Shown in pieces: positions 39,622 to 48,834 of a stretch of DNA of 64,000 nt. Both the position numbers and the translations under genes were made by a program. The notes under the pieces are model-generated. The model worked only from the letters and a program-made list of their open reading frames with translations, made no database searches and was not told where the DNA came from. The DNA is from an uncultured Gammaproteobacteria bacterium (GTDB taxonomy: Bacteria > Pseudomonadota > Gammaproteobacteria > Steroidobacterales > UBA11654): assembly GCA_937801655.1 (NCBI GenBank), contig CALMWC010000007.1, forward strand, positions 25,117 through 89,116. Reading direction: 5' to 3'. The number at the start of each line of letters is the position of its first letter. Position 1 is the first letter of the stretch.

Positions 39622-41538
39622 CTACATTTTTAATTCTTGTCTTAAAATTCCTAAAAATTTGTCTAAATCCATTTTACCAAGATCTTTACCATTTTGGCTT
39701 CTCACACTTAAAATATTATTCTCCACTTCTTTGTCACCAACGATTACAAGGTAAGGAACCTTTTTTAATGTGTGATCGCGAATTTTAGAACCTATTTTTT
39801 CGTTTCTCAAGTCTAATTCGACTCTAAAACCTTCTTTTTTTAGATTATCGTGAATAAATTCACCATATTCTGCCTGAGAATCACCAATTGAAAGGATACT
39901 GACTTGATTTGGTGCCAACCATAATGGAAATTTTCCTTCAAAATGTTCTATTAAAATACCAAAAAATCTTTCTATTGATCCTAATAGCGCACGATGAATC
40001 ATAATTGGATGATGTTTTTGACCATCGCTGCCTATGTAATTCATATCAAATCGCTCTGGGAGGTTGAAATCTAACTGTATTGTTGAGCATTGCCATAGGC
40101 GTCCTATAGCATCTTTTATCTTAATGTCTATTTTTGGCCCATAAAAGGCACCACCTCCATCATCAAGCTTGTATTCTAGATTTTTACCTTTTAATGCATT
40201 CTCCAGTGCCGAAGTTGCTTTTTCCCAAATTGAATTACTTCCAACAGATTTCTCAGGCCTTGTTGCTAGATGTATCTCATATTCTTTGAAGGTAAATGCA
40301 TTAAGCATGTCTATGGTTAAATTAAGAATACTGGTGATTTCATTCTCAATCTGATCTTCCATACAAAATACATGTGCATCATCTTGTGTAAAGCCTCTAA
40401 CTCTCATAAGACCATGAAGTGCTCCTGTCATTTCATGTCGATAAACCGTTCCTAATTCAGCATATCTAATTGGCAGTTCTCTGTATGATTTCAGTGAGTT
40501 TTTGTAGATTAGGATATGAAATGGGCAATTCATTGGTTTCAATTGATAGAACTGATTTTCATCTTCAATTGCCTTAAACATAGATTCCTGATAAAAATCA
40601 GCATGACCTGAAGTTTCCCATAAACTGTCTAGTGCTATGTGTGGTGAATAAAGTAACTCGTAATCTGCATCTTTATGTTTAGCTTTCCAAAAATCTTCAA
40701 TAATGTTTCTAATTCTTGATCCATTGGGATGCCAAAATACCAGGCCTCCACCGGCTTCTTCCTGAATGCTAAATAGGTCTAGTTCTTTACCAATTTTTCT
40801 GTGATCTCTTTTTTCTGCTTCTACTAAGTGATCTAGATACTTATCTAGTTCTTTCTTGTTTCGCCATGCAGTACCATAGACTCTAGTTAGCATCTCATTT
40901 TGTGAATCACCCTTCCAATAAGCTCCAGATACTTTGGTTAACTTGTAAGACCCTATAAAACCTAAATCTGGTAAATGAGGACCCACACATAGATCTATAA
41001 AAGTGCTATCTTGATTGGTGTATATCTGAAAGTTTTTTTCTTGATCACTGTCTTCAATTATTTTAACTTTGTAGTCTTCATTAAGATTTTTAAAAGAATT
41101 AATTGCATCCGCTCTATCATGGAGTGTCTTTTTGATAGTTGATTTTTCTTTTATGATGAGACGCATCTCTTTTTCAATTGATTCTAAATCTTCTGAAGAA
41201 ATAGATTCATCTGAGAGAACATCATAGTAAAAGCCATCATCAATTGTTGGTCCTATAGCAAGTTTACAATTTGGGTATAAAGTTTTTATTGCAGATGCAA
41301 GAACTTGGGCTGTAAGCGTATGCCTCATGATTTCCAAGCCTTCATCAGAGTCTATCGTGATAATTGATACATTAGTGCTGTCTGCAAGGAGGTCACTTAA
41401 ATCTTTTTGTACACCATCAATCGTAACAGCTATTGCACTTTTAGCTAACCCAGGTCCAATTGATTTAGCTAAATCATAACCGTTTGAACCATCGGGTAGT
41501 TCTTTTTCTGATCCGTCAGGTAATGTAATAGATAACAT
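39622..41538 (-). CDS. thrS: Threonine-tRNA ligase
   Basis: TGS N-terminus, DLC.GPH, KRDHRK, KPMNCP, RVRGFTQDDAH, GAFYGPKID and HRALLGS motifs. Confidence 0.98.
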   Translation of the reverse strand: MLSITLPDGSEKELPDGSNGYDLAKSIGPGLAKSAIAVTIDGVQKDLSDLLADSTNVSIITIDSDEGLEIMRHTLTAQVLASAIKTLYPNCKLAIGPTIDDGFYYDVLSDESISSEDLESIEKEMRLIIKEKSTIKKTLHDRADAINSFKNLNEDYKVKIIEDSDQEKNFQIYTNQDSTFIDLCVGPHLPDLGFIGSYKLTKVSGAYWKGDSQNEMLTRVYGTAWRNKKELDKYLDHLVEAEKRDHRKIGKELDLFSIQEEAGGGLVFWHPNGSRIRNIIEDFWKAKHKDADYELLYSPHIALDSLWETSGHADFYQESMFKAIEDENQFYQLKPMNCPFHILIYKNSLKSYRELPIRYAELGTVYRHEMTGALHGLMRVRGFTQDDAHVFCMEDQIENEITSILNLTIDMLNAFTFKEYEIHLATRPEKSVGSNSIWEKATSALENALKGKNLEYKLDDGGGAFYGPKIDIKIKDAIGRLWQCSTIQLDFNLPERFDMNYIGSDGQKHHPIMIHRALLGSIERFFGILIEHFEGKFPLWLAPNQVSILSIGDSQAEYGEFIHDNLKKEGFRVELDLRNEKIGSKIRDHTLKKVPYLVIVGDKEVENNILSVRSQNGKDLGKMDLDKFLGILRQELKM

Positions 41539-41540
41539 GC

Positions 41541-44399
41541 TTAAGTGTTTATAATTTCTCTAATTTGATTTTTTTCATTTACTCTGTTCTTTTGCCACTT
41601 AGATCGATGATCTGCAGGTTCAATTTCTACCGCTGTCACTTTGTACTCAGGACAATTAGTAGCCCAATCACTGTTTTCTGTTGTTACAACATTCGCTCCA
41701 GTTTCTGGGTTATGAAATGTAGTATACACAACACCAGCAGGTATTTTTTCAGTAACAATTGCTTTCAATGTAGTTTCACCTTTCCTACTTCTGAGCAATA
41801 CTAAGGAACCATCTTTGATGCCTCTAGTCGAAGCATCCGCTGGATGTATCTCCAAAACATCTTCATTTGACCATAGATTATTATGTGTCCTTCTGGTTTG
41901 TGTGCCAACATTATATTGGACAAGGTTTCTGCCAGTTGTTAGCAGTAAAGGAAATTTACGATTAGCAGTTTCAGTAGTTGGAACATAATCTGTGATCATA
42001 AATTGCCCTTTCCCTCGAACAAATTCATCCACATGCATTATTGGTGTTCCTAAAGGTGCTGCCTCATTACAAGGCCATTGAATACTTCCTACCTCATCTA
42101 GTTTCTTGAAGGACACGCCAGTAAAGGTGGGTGTTAGTTCAGCTACTTCATTTAAAATTTCTTCAGATGAATTGAAAGACATTTCATAGCCCATAGCAGT
42201 TGCTAATTCTTGTGTTATTTCCCATTCATGTTTACCCGTGAGTGGCTTCATCACAGGCCTGACTCTATTGATCCTTCTTTCAGCATTAGTGAATGTCCCA
42301 TCTTTTTCGAGAAATGAAGTCGCTGGTAAGAAGACATGAGCAAAATTTGCTGTCTCGGTCAAAAATAAATCTTGTATGACCACACATTCCATAGACCGGA
42401 AGGCTTCTTCAATATGTTGTGTGTTGGGTTCGGACTGAACAAAATCTTCGCCTTGAATGTATATGCCTTTAAATTTACCACCAACAGCTGCATCGAACAT
42501 GTTTACAGATCTTAATCCTGGTTCTTTTTGTATTGTTACATTCCATTTCTTTTCAAAAGTAGCTCTTGCTTTGTCATCACTAATTGGGCGATAACCAGGT
42601 AGTTCATGAGGAAAGGATCCCATATCACATGAACCTTGAACATTGTTTTGGCCTCTTAGAGGATTCACTCCTGCTCCGATATAACCCACATTGCCTGTAG
42701 CCATAGCCAAATTTGCCATACCCATTACCATAGTAGATCCTTGTGAATGTTCGGTAACACCAAGACCATAATAGATAGCACTTCTTTCCCCTGAAGCATA
42801 GAGGCGAGCAGCTTTTCTAATAATATCAGCACTAACACCAGTAGGTTTCTCTGCAGCTTCAGGTGAATTTGAATCATCTTTTATGAATTCAATCCAATCA
42901 TTAAATGCCGCTTCTTCACATCTGTTCTTGATGTAGTCATGATCAATTAAGTTTTCATGAACCGCGACATGAGAGAAGGCATTTATAAGCGGAACATTGG
43001 AACCTGGAAGTATAGGAAGATGAAAATCGGCTTTTATATGTGGCGATTCCACTATGTCTGTTTTTCTTGGATCAACAACAATTAACTTGGCACCTTGCCT
43101 TATTCTTTTTTTCATTTGCGATGCAAAAACAGGATGGCCTACGGTTGGATTTGCTCCAATAATAACAATTACATCTGCACTTTGAACACTGTCAAAATGT
43201 TGAGTTCCAGCGGATGTACCAAATGTTTGCTTTAAGCCATAGCCTGTTGGTGAATGACAGACCCTCGCACATGTATCAACATTATTATTTTCAAATGTAG
43301 TCCTGATCAGTTTTTGAACAATATAGGCCTCTTCATTAGTGGTTCTAGCCGAGGTGATACCACCAATAGAATTGGTGCCATAATCATTTTGAATATCTTT
43401 GAAACGTTTCGCAGTATATTGAATAGCCTCATCCCACTCGACCTCTCTCCATTGATCCTTAATACTTTCCCTTATCATCGGCTTAATAATCCGATCTTGA
43501 TGTTTTGCATAACCCCAGGCAAACCTTCCTTTGATGCAACTGTGTCCTTTGTTTGCCTTACCGTCTTTATAAGGAACCATTCTTACAACATCATTATTTT
43601 TTATTTCAGCTTTAAAGGAACAACCAACACCGCAATAGGCGCAAGTTGTTAATACGGTTTTATCCGGTACGCCTTTCTCTACTACAGATTTTTCTATTAA
43701 ACTTCCCGTGGGGCAAGCTTGAACACATGCTCCACATGAAACGCATTCTGATTCAAAAAAGTTATCAGAAATACCTGGTTTAATTTTAGATTCAAAACCT
43801 CTTTCATCCAAAGACAATGCAAAAGTACCTTGAACTTCATTGCATGCTCTGACACAACGAGAACAGACAATGCATTTTTCAGGATCAAAATTAAAATAGG
43901 GGTTTGAAGAATCAATATCAATTCCTAAATGATTACAACTATTATCATCGGAGTATTTTGATGGCTCTAGTTGATTGTTTTGTAATAGTTGATGATCATC
44001 GGCTTGTGTTTGTAGGTCACAGTCACCGTCTGATGAGCAAGTATTACAATCCAATGGGTGGTCTGAAGTATACATCTCTAGTAAATCTTTTCTTAGGGCA
44101 TCCAAATGATTATTTTTCGTTATTACTTTCATTCCATTATCCAGTGGAGAAGTACAGGCAGAGGGGTAACCAAAACCTTTTCTACCTTCAAAATCTATAA
44201 TGCACAGCCTGCATGAGCCAAAGGCATCAAGATTATCTGATGCACATAAGCTGGGTACATCAATGCCAATAGTAGACGCGGCTCTCATGATCGATGTTCC
44301 TTCGGGCACCGTTACCTCAATACCATCTATGAAGCCAGTCACATTGTTTTTAGATTCTACTTTTGGTGTACCGTAGTTTTTTTCTTTTAGTAAAGTCAT
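41541..44399 (-). CDS. fdsA: NAD-dependent Mo-formate dehydrogenase alpha subunit
   Basis: N-terminal Fe-S motifs (GSCRLC, HPLDC..C, CIVCSRCVRAC, CVSCGACVQACP, CAYCGVGC); Mo-ligand DTCARVCH; LRGQNNVQG; TNCPEYK. Confidence 0.93.
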   Translation of the reverse strand: MTLLKEKNYGTPKVESKNNVTGFIDGIEVTVPEGTSIMRAASTIGIDVPSLCASDNLDAFGSCRLCIIDFEGRKGFGYPSACTSPLDNGMKVITKNNHLDALRKDLLEMYTSDHPLDCNTCSSDGDCDLQTQADDHQLLQNNQLEPSKYSDDNSCNHLGIDIDSSNPYFNFDPEKCIVCSRCVRACNEVQGTFALSLDERGFESKIKPGISDNFFESECVSCGACVQACPTGSLIEKSVVEKGVPDKTVLTTCAYCGVGCSFKAEIKNNDVVRMVPYKDGKANKGHSCIKGRFAWGYAKHQDRIIKPMIRESIKDQWREVEWDEAIQYTAKRFKDIQNDYGTNSIGGITSARTTNEEAYIVQKLIRTTFENNNVDTCARVCHSPTGYGLKQTFGTSAGTQHFDSVQSADVIVIIGANPTVGHPVFASQMKKRIRQGAKLIVVDPRKTDIVESPHIKADFHLPILPGSNVPLINAFSHVAVHENLIDHDYIKNRCEEAAFNDWIEFIKDDSNSPEAAEKPTGVSADIIRKAARLYASGERSAIYYGLGVTEHSQGSTMVMGMANLAMATGNVGYIGAGVNPLRGQNNVQGSCDMGSFPHELPGYRPISDDKARATFEKKWNVTIQKEPGLRSVNMFDAAVGGKFKGIYIQGEDFVQSEPNTQHIEEAFRSMECVVIQDLFLTETANFAHVFLPATSFLEKDGTFTNAERRINRVRPVMKPLTGKHEWEITQELATAMGYEMSFNSSEEILNEVAELTPTFTGVSFKKLDEVGSIQWPCNEAAPLGTPIMHVDEFVRGKGQFMITDYVPTTETANRKFPLLLTTGRNLVQYNVGTQTRRTHNNLWSNEDVLEIHPADASTRGIKDGSLVLLRSRKGETTLKAIVTEKIPAGVVYTTFHNPETGANVVTTENSDWATNCPEYKVTAVEIEPADHRSKWQKNRVNEKNQIREIINT

Positions 44400-45928
44400 T
44401 TTTGTATAAGCTCATTTGGAAAGAATTCAATTATAGAACGAATTGGATTTGGCGTCATTCCACCCATTGCACATAATGAAGTTGCTTCCATTGTCTCGCA
44501 TAAATCATTTAGTAGGTTAGCATCATCTGCATTCGCTTTGTTTTTTTGTAATCGATTAATTATTTCAACGCCTCTCACAGAACCAATTCTACAAGGTGTG
44601 CATTTTCCACAGGACTCTTTCACACAAAATTCCATAGCAAATTTTGCTTGTTCAGCCATATCTACCGTATTATCAAATACGATAATACCTCCATGGCCTA
44701 TTGATCCTTTGAGTTCTTGTAGAGCCTCTATTGTCAAAGAGGTATTAAGCATACTTGATGATAAATAGATTCCTAATGGACCACCAATTTGTATGGCATG
44801 TATTGGGTTGCCTGATTTTGTACCAGAGCCAAAATCTCTAACCAACTCTTCGAGGGAAATATCAAATCTAGTTTCAATAAGACCACTGTGTTTTATATTA
44901 CCGCTTAATTGAAATGGCATGGTTCCAACTGATTTATTACTTCCTATTTTTGAAAACTCATCTTCATCACTATCTAAAAGCATGGGAATCGTAGCCAAAG
45001 TAACGACATTATTTATTAATGTAGGTTTTTTAAATAAACCACTGATAGCTGGCAATGGAGGTTTTGATCTAACTAAACCTCTCCTACCTTCAATACTTTC
45101 CATCATCGCTGTTTCTTCTCCGCAAACATAAGAGCCGGCGCCAATTCTTAGATCAATATTGAAGTCAAAACCTGAATTGAGAATATTCTTTCCAAGAAAA
45201 TTATTCTCTACTGCAATCTCTATAGCTTGTAAGAGAAAAGTTTTTGCTAATGGGTATTCAGACCTTAAGTATATATAGCCTATAGAAGCACCCACTGCAT
45301 ATGCTGCAATGGTCATACCTTCGATTAAAGAAAATGGATCTGATTCCATAACTAACCTATCTGAGAAAGTACCACCATCCCCTTCATCTGCATTGCATGC
45401 TAAATACTTAATAGAACTATCTTGATCAAACACTGTTTGCATCTTAATGCCTGTTGGAAAGGCGGCGCCTCCTCTTCCAGTAAGGCCAGATTCTTTGATC
45501 GTATTGATGGTCTCTTGAGGTCCAATTTTAAGGGAATTTAATAGAGGCTTATATCCTTTAGTATTTTTATAACACTCGATATCTAAAGGATCATGATGCC
45601 CTATTCTGGAGAAAACTAGTCTTTTTTGTTTTTTAATAAAATCAATAGATTGAATATCAAAGGGCTCTCTCTTATTAAAATCTATGAAAAAATCCTCAAT
45701 AGTAGTTAAATCTGATAAATCTATATCTCTATAGCTAACACCCCTTCTTATCCCTTCTTTTTCTATTTCAATGTATGGTTCTAACCAAAATGCACCCCAT
45801 GAACTATTTCTGATAATTTCTATGTTATTTTTATTTATTAGTTTACTAATAACTTCATAAATATATTGTGCTCCAACAGAATTTGCGGAAGTTTCATTGG
45901 GTATGAAAATTTTAATTGCTTTATTCAT
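44396..45928 (-). CDS. fdsB: Formate dehydrogenase beta (NuoF-like diaphorase) subunit
   Basis: GRGGAAFPTG, CNADEGD, GAGSYVCGEET, ESCGKCTPCRIG and SLCAMG motifs. Confidence 0.92.
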   Translation of the reverse strand: MNKAIKIFIPNETSANSVGAQYIYEVISKLINKNNIEIIRNSSWGAFWLEPYIEIEKEGIRRGVSYRDIDLSDLTTIEDFFIDFNKREPFDIQSIDFIKKQKRLVFSRIGHHDPLDIECYKNTKGYKPLLNSLKIGPQETINTIKESGLTGRGGAAFPTGIKMQTVFDQDSSIKYLACNADEGDGGTFSDRLVMESDPFSLIEGMTIAAYAVGASIGYIYLRSEYPLAKTFLLQAIEIAVENNFLGKNILNSGFDFNIDLRIGAGSYVCGEETAMMESIEGRRGLVRSKPPLPAISGLFKKPTLINNVVTLATIPMLLDSDEDEFSKIGSNKSVGTMPFQLSGNIKHSGLIETRFDISLEELVRDFGSGTKSGNPIHAIQIGGPLGIYLSSSMLNTSLTIEALQELKGSIGHGGIIVFDNTVDMAEQAKFAMEFCVKESCGKCTPCRIGSVRGVEIINRLQKNKANADDANLLNDLCETMEATSLCAMGGMTPNPIRSIIEFFPNELIQK

Positions 45929-46391
45929 TATTTTGGATCTTGTGTTTTTTCAAGTGACCGATAATCTTTTTTGTAGTTGCTTCACCGATAACCTCATCGT
46001 TTATCATTACTGATGGCCCTAGTGCACAGTTACCCAAACAAAAGACTTCTTTTAATGTAATGTTTAAGTCGGATGAGGTTTCGTCTAAGTTCAAATTAAA
46101 ATGTGAAGTAACATCACTAAGAAGCTGTTTACAATTTTGACTTTGGCATGCTTCAGCTTGACATAGTTTTATTATATTCTTCCCAATCGGCTCTAATCTA
46201 AAATCATCATAGAAAGTTATTACATCAATTATTTCAGCTTGTGAGTAATTAAATACAATCGCTAATTCTGATATATTGTCTTTACTGATAAAGCCTAGAT
46301 GGTCTTGTACAGCATGCAATGCAGGCATAAGCCCACCTTTGATGTCAACGAATGGTGATAGTATTTTTTTTAAATTAGTAGACATAATCAT
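45921..46391 (-). CDS. fdsG: Formate dehydrogenase gamma (NuoE-like 2Fe-2S) subunit
   Basis: LMPALHAVQ, TFYDDF, CQAEAC and CLGNCALGPS motifs. Confidence 0.92.
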   Translation of the reverse strand: MIMSTNLKKILSPFVDIKGGLMPALHAVQDHLGFISKDNISELAIVFNYSQAEIIDVITFYDDFRLEPIGKNIIKLCQAEACQSQNCKQLLSDVTSHFNLNLDETSSDLNITLKEVFCLGNCALGPSVMINDEVIGEATTKKIIGHLKKHKIQNNE

Positions 46392-46397
46392 TAAGTA

Positions 46398-46700
46398 CTA
46401 GCTAACTGGTTTTTTCCAATCTTCAAAACCTCCATCGACACTATAGACTTCTATAAAGCCCATGGAAGATAAATACTGAGCAGCATTTTGACTTGAGTGT
46501 CCATGATAACAATAGACAATTGTTGGTATTTTTTTATCTGCTTCATTAATGAAGTTTTCAATGTTTTTATCATTTAAATTAATCGCATTATCCATATGAC
46601 CACTATTGAAACTAGTCTGATCTCTAATATCTATCAGATATGTCTGACGAAGAATTAACTCATTTGCATCAGTTGTTGATATTCGCTTAAAGTTGTTCAT
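46398..46700 (-). CDS. glpE: Single-domain rhodanese, thiosulfate sulfurtransferase GlpE-like
   Basis: DIRD..SF..GH, active loop CYHGHSSQ, VYSVDGGFEDW. Confidence 0.9.
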   Translation of the reverse strand: MNNFKRISTTDANELILRQTYLIDIRDQTSFNSGHMDNAINLNDKNIENFINEADKKIPTIVYCYHGHSSQNAAQYLSSMGFIEVYSVDGGFEDWKKPVS

Positions 46701-46780
46701 ATAAAGTAATGAAAATTATAAAATTAATGACATTATAATTACTAGAATCATTAATAACATTACTTATTTAAACGAAAATT

Positions 46781-47953
46781 ATGGATTTCGATGTCATCAT
46801 CATAGGTTCTGGGCCAGTTGGTTTAAGCTTTGCTCGTGCACTTTCCGACAGTGATCTGGCTATTTGTGTTCTTGAGCAAAACAATGAATTGTCATTGTCT
46901 AAGCCTAAATACGATGGTAGAGAAGTAGCTCTCACTCATCTTTCTAAAAAAATTATGTCGGAATTAGAGATATGGGACCGAATAGACCCAGATTCTATTT
47001 CATATATTAAAGAAGCAAAAGTATTAAATGGTATGTCCCCTTATTCATTACATTTCAATCATGAAGAAACTAGTGAGAATGCTTTAGGCCATCTTATTCC
47101 TAATCATGAGATAAAAACTGCAGTTTATGAATCTATCACAGACGTAAAGAATATTACTTTACTTACTGAGACTAAAGTTGAGAGCTTTAGTATCAATGAT
47201 GGTGGTGTAAGTATTGAGCTGAATAACGGTGAAATACTAACTTCTAATTTATTAATTGCTGCTGATGGAAGATTGTCTAATGCTCGAAGAGCGATGGGTA
47301 TTCCGTCAGAGGTAAAAGATTTTGGTAAAACTGTTATTGTTTGCAAAATGGATCATGAAGAAGCTCATAATAATACCGCTTATGAATGTTTTCATTATGG
47401 TAGAACATTGGCTGTATTACCTATGGTTGGTCAATGTTCATCGATTGTTATTACGATTTCCTCCGATAAGGCAAAGGAAATAATCGATATGCCTGATAAG
47501 CAGTTTAATTTAGATATCCAAACTCGATTCAGAGATAAGTTGGGTGAGATGAAATTAACAGGTGATAAATATTCTTACCCATTATTTGCTTCGCATGCTG
47601 ATTATTTTCATAGCGAGCGGTTTGCTCTCATTGGTGATGCAGCAGTTGGAATGCATCCGGTGACGGCTCATGGCTTTAACTTGGGCCTTAGGGGTGCTTA
47701 TAATCTTTCTAAAATTATTAAATTGTCATTGACGAGTAATCAAAATTATTACTCTGTTGAGACTCTGAGTGAGTACAATCGGAAACATCAACTGGTGACA
47801 AGACCTCTTTATTATGGAACCAATCTGATTGTTGATCTCTATAATAGCGATAGGGTCACAGCGAAAATGCTAAGGCGACTAGCTTTGAGATTTGGTAATA
47901 ATTTCTGGCCAGTAAAAAAACTGATTATGAATCAGTTAACTGAAACAAATTAG
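46781..47953 (+). CDS. ubiM: Ubiquinone biosynthesis flavin hydroxylase UbiM
   Basis: GSGPVG FAD motif, YDGREVALTH and GDAAVGMHPVTAHGFNLGL signature. Confidence 0.85.
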   Translation: MDFDVIIIGSGPVGLSFARALSDSDLAICVLEQNNELSLSKPKYDGREVALTHLSKKIMSELEIWDRIDPDSISYIKEAKVLNGMSPYSLHFNHEETSENALGHLIPNHEIKTAVYESITDVKNITLLTETKVESFSINDGGVSIELNNGEILTSNLLIAADGRLSNARRAMGIPSEVKDFGKTVIVCKMDHEEAHNNTAYECFHYGRTLAVLPMVGQCSSIVITISSDKAKEIIDMPDKQFNLDIQTRFRDKLGEMKLTGDKYSYPLFASHADYFHSERFALIGDAAVGMHPVTAHGFNLGLRGAYNLSKIIKLSLTSNQNYYSVETLSEYNRKHQLVTRPLYYGTNLIVDLYNSDRVTAKMLRRLALRFGNNFWPVKKLIMNQLTETN

Positions 47954-47961
47954 TTTGATCA

Positions 47962-48783
47962 ATGAAAACAGAAGTTCCTGTTCAGCTTAATTCAATTGTT
48001 AGGAGAATAACCGCTTCTAATTCTAGTGTATTTACAGGCCCTGGAACCAATACTTATTTGATAGGAAATAATGATGTTTCAATTATAGATCCCGGTCCAA
48101 ACATAATTGAGCATATAAAAGTTATTGAATCGTCATCTAAGAATATCAATAGAATACTTCTCACCCATACTCATCCAGATCATTCTCCTGGTGCCACTCT
48201 ACTCCAAAAAAGATTGAACATTCCAATATATGGATTGGCTACAGACTCTTCTTTAGAGAAAGATGAAATTATTGACTTTGAATCTTACTTTTCAGATGGT
48301 GATTTAATCACTACTGAGGAGTATAGAATTGAGATTATCCATACACCGGGTCATGCTTCTAATCATTTATGTTATTTATTACAACAAGAGCAAATCTTAT
48401 TCACAGGCGATCATATAATGGAAGGATCTACAGTCGTGATTGCTCCGCCTGATGGCAATATGTCAGATTATATAAATTCTCTAATAAAAATTAAAAACTA
48501 TGATGTCAGTCAGATAGCACCAGGTCATGGCGAGGTCATTACAAACCCAAATGAAATTATTGATTGGACTATCAAGCATCGGTTAGAGAGAGAAGCAAAA
48601 GTCATTAAATCCATAGAAAGGTTTGGTGTATGTAAGCTTCAAGAGCTCCTAAAAGAAGTTTATTCAGACGTTGATCCAAGACTTCATCCTATAGCTGAAT
48701 GGTCTCTGAATGCACACTTAGAGAGACTTATGGAACTTGGAAAGGTTGTTGTCGATAATCATGAGTATTCGGTAAACAAGTAA
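47962..48783 (+). CDS. MBL-fold metallo-hydrolase (LACTB2-like)
   Basis: TGPGTNTY, THTHPDH, HTPGH, FTGDH and PGHG motifs; C-terminal winged-helix-like region. Confidence 0.9.
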   Translation: MKTEVPVQLNSIVRRITASNSSVFTGPGTNTYLIGNNDVSIIDPGPNIIEHIKVIESSSKNINRILLTHTHPDHSPGATLLQKRLNIPIYGLATDSSLEKDEIIDFESYFSDGDLITTEEYRIEIIHTPGHASNHLCYLLQQEQILFTGDHIMEGSTVVIAPPDGNMSDYINSLIKIKNYDVSQIAPGHGEVITNPNEIIDWTIKHRLEREAKVIKSIERFGVCKLQELLKEVYSDVDPRLHPIAEWSLNAHLERLMELGKVVVDNHEYSVNK

Positions 48784-48834
48784 TTATTATTTTCATAAAT
48801 TGATTTATTATTATTGAATAAGTAGGCTAGTCAT

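Noticed and set aside
44396-46391. nuoE/nuoF of complex I or hydrogenase diaphorase
   Set aside because: Adjacent Mo-bisPGD subunit with CARVCH identifies them as FdsG/FdsB; no other nuo or hox genes present
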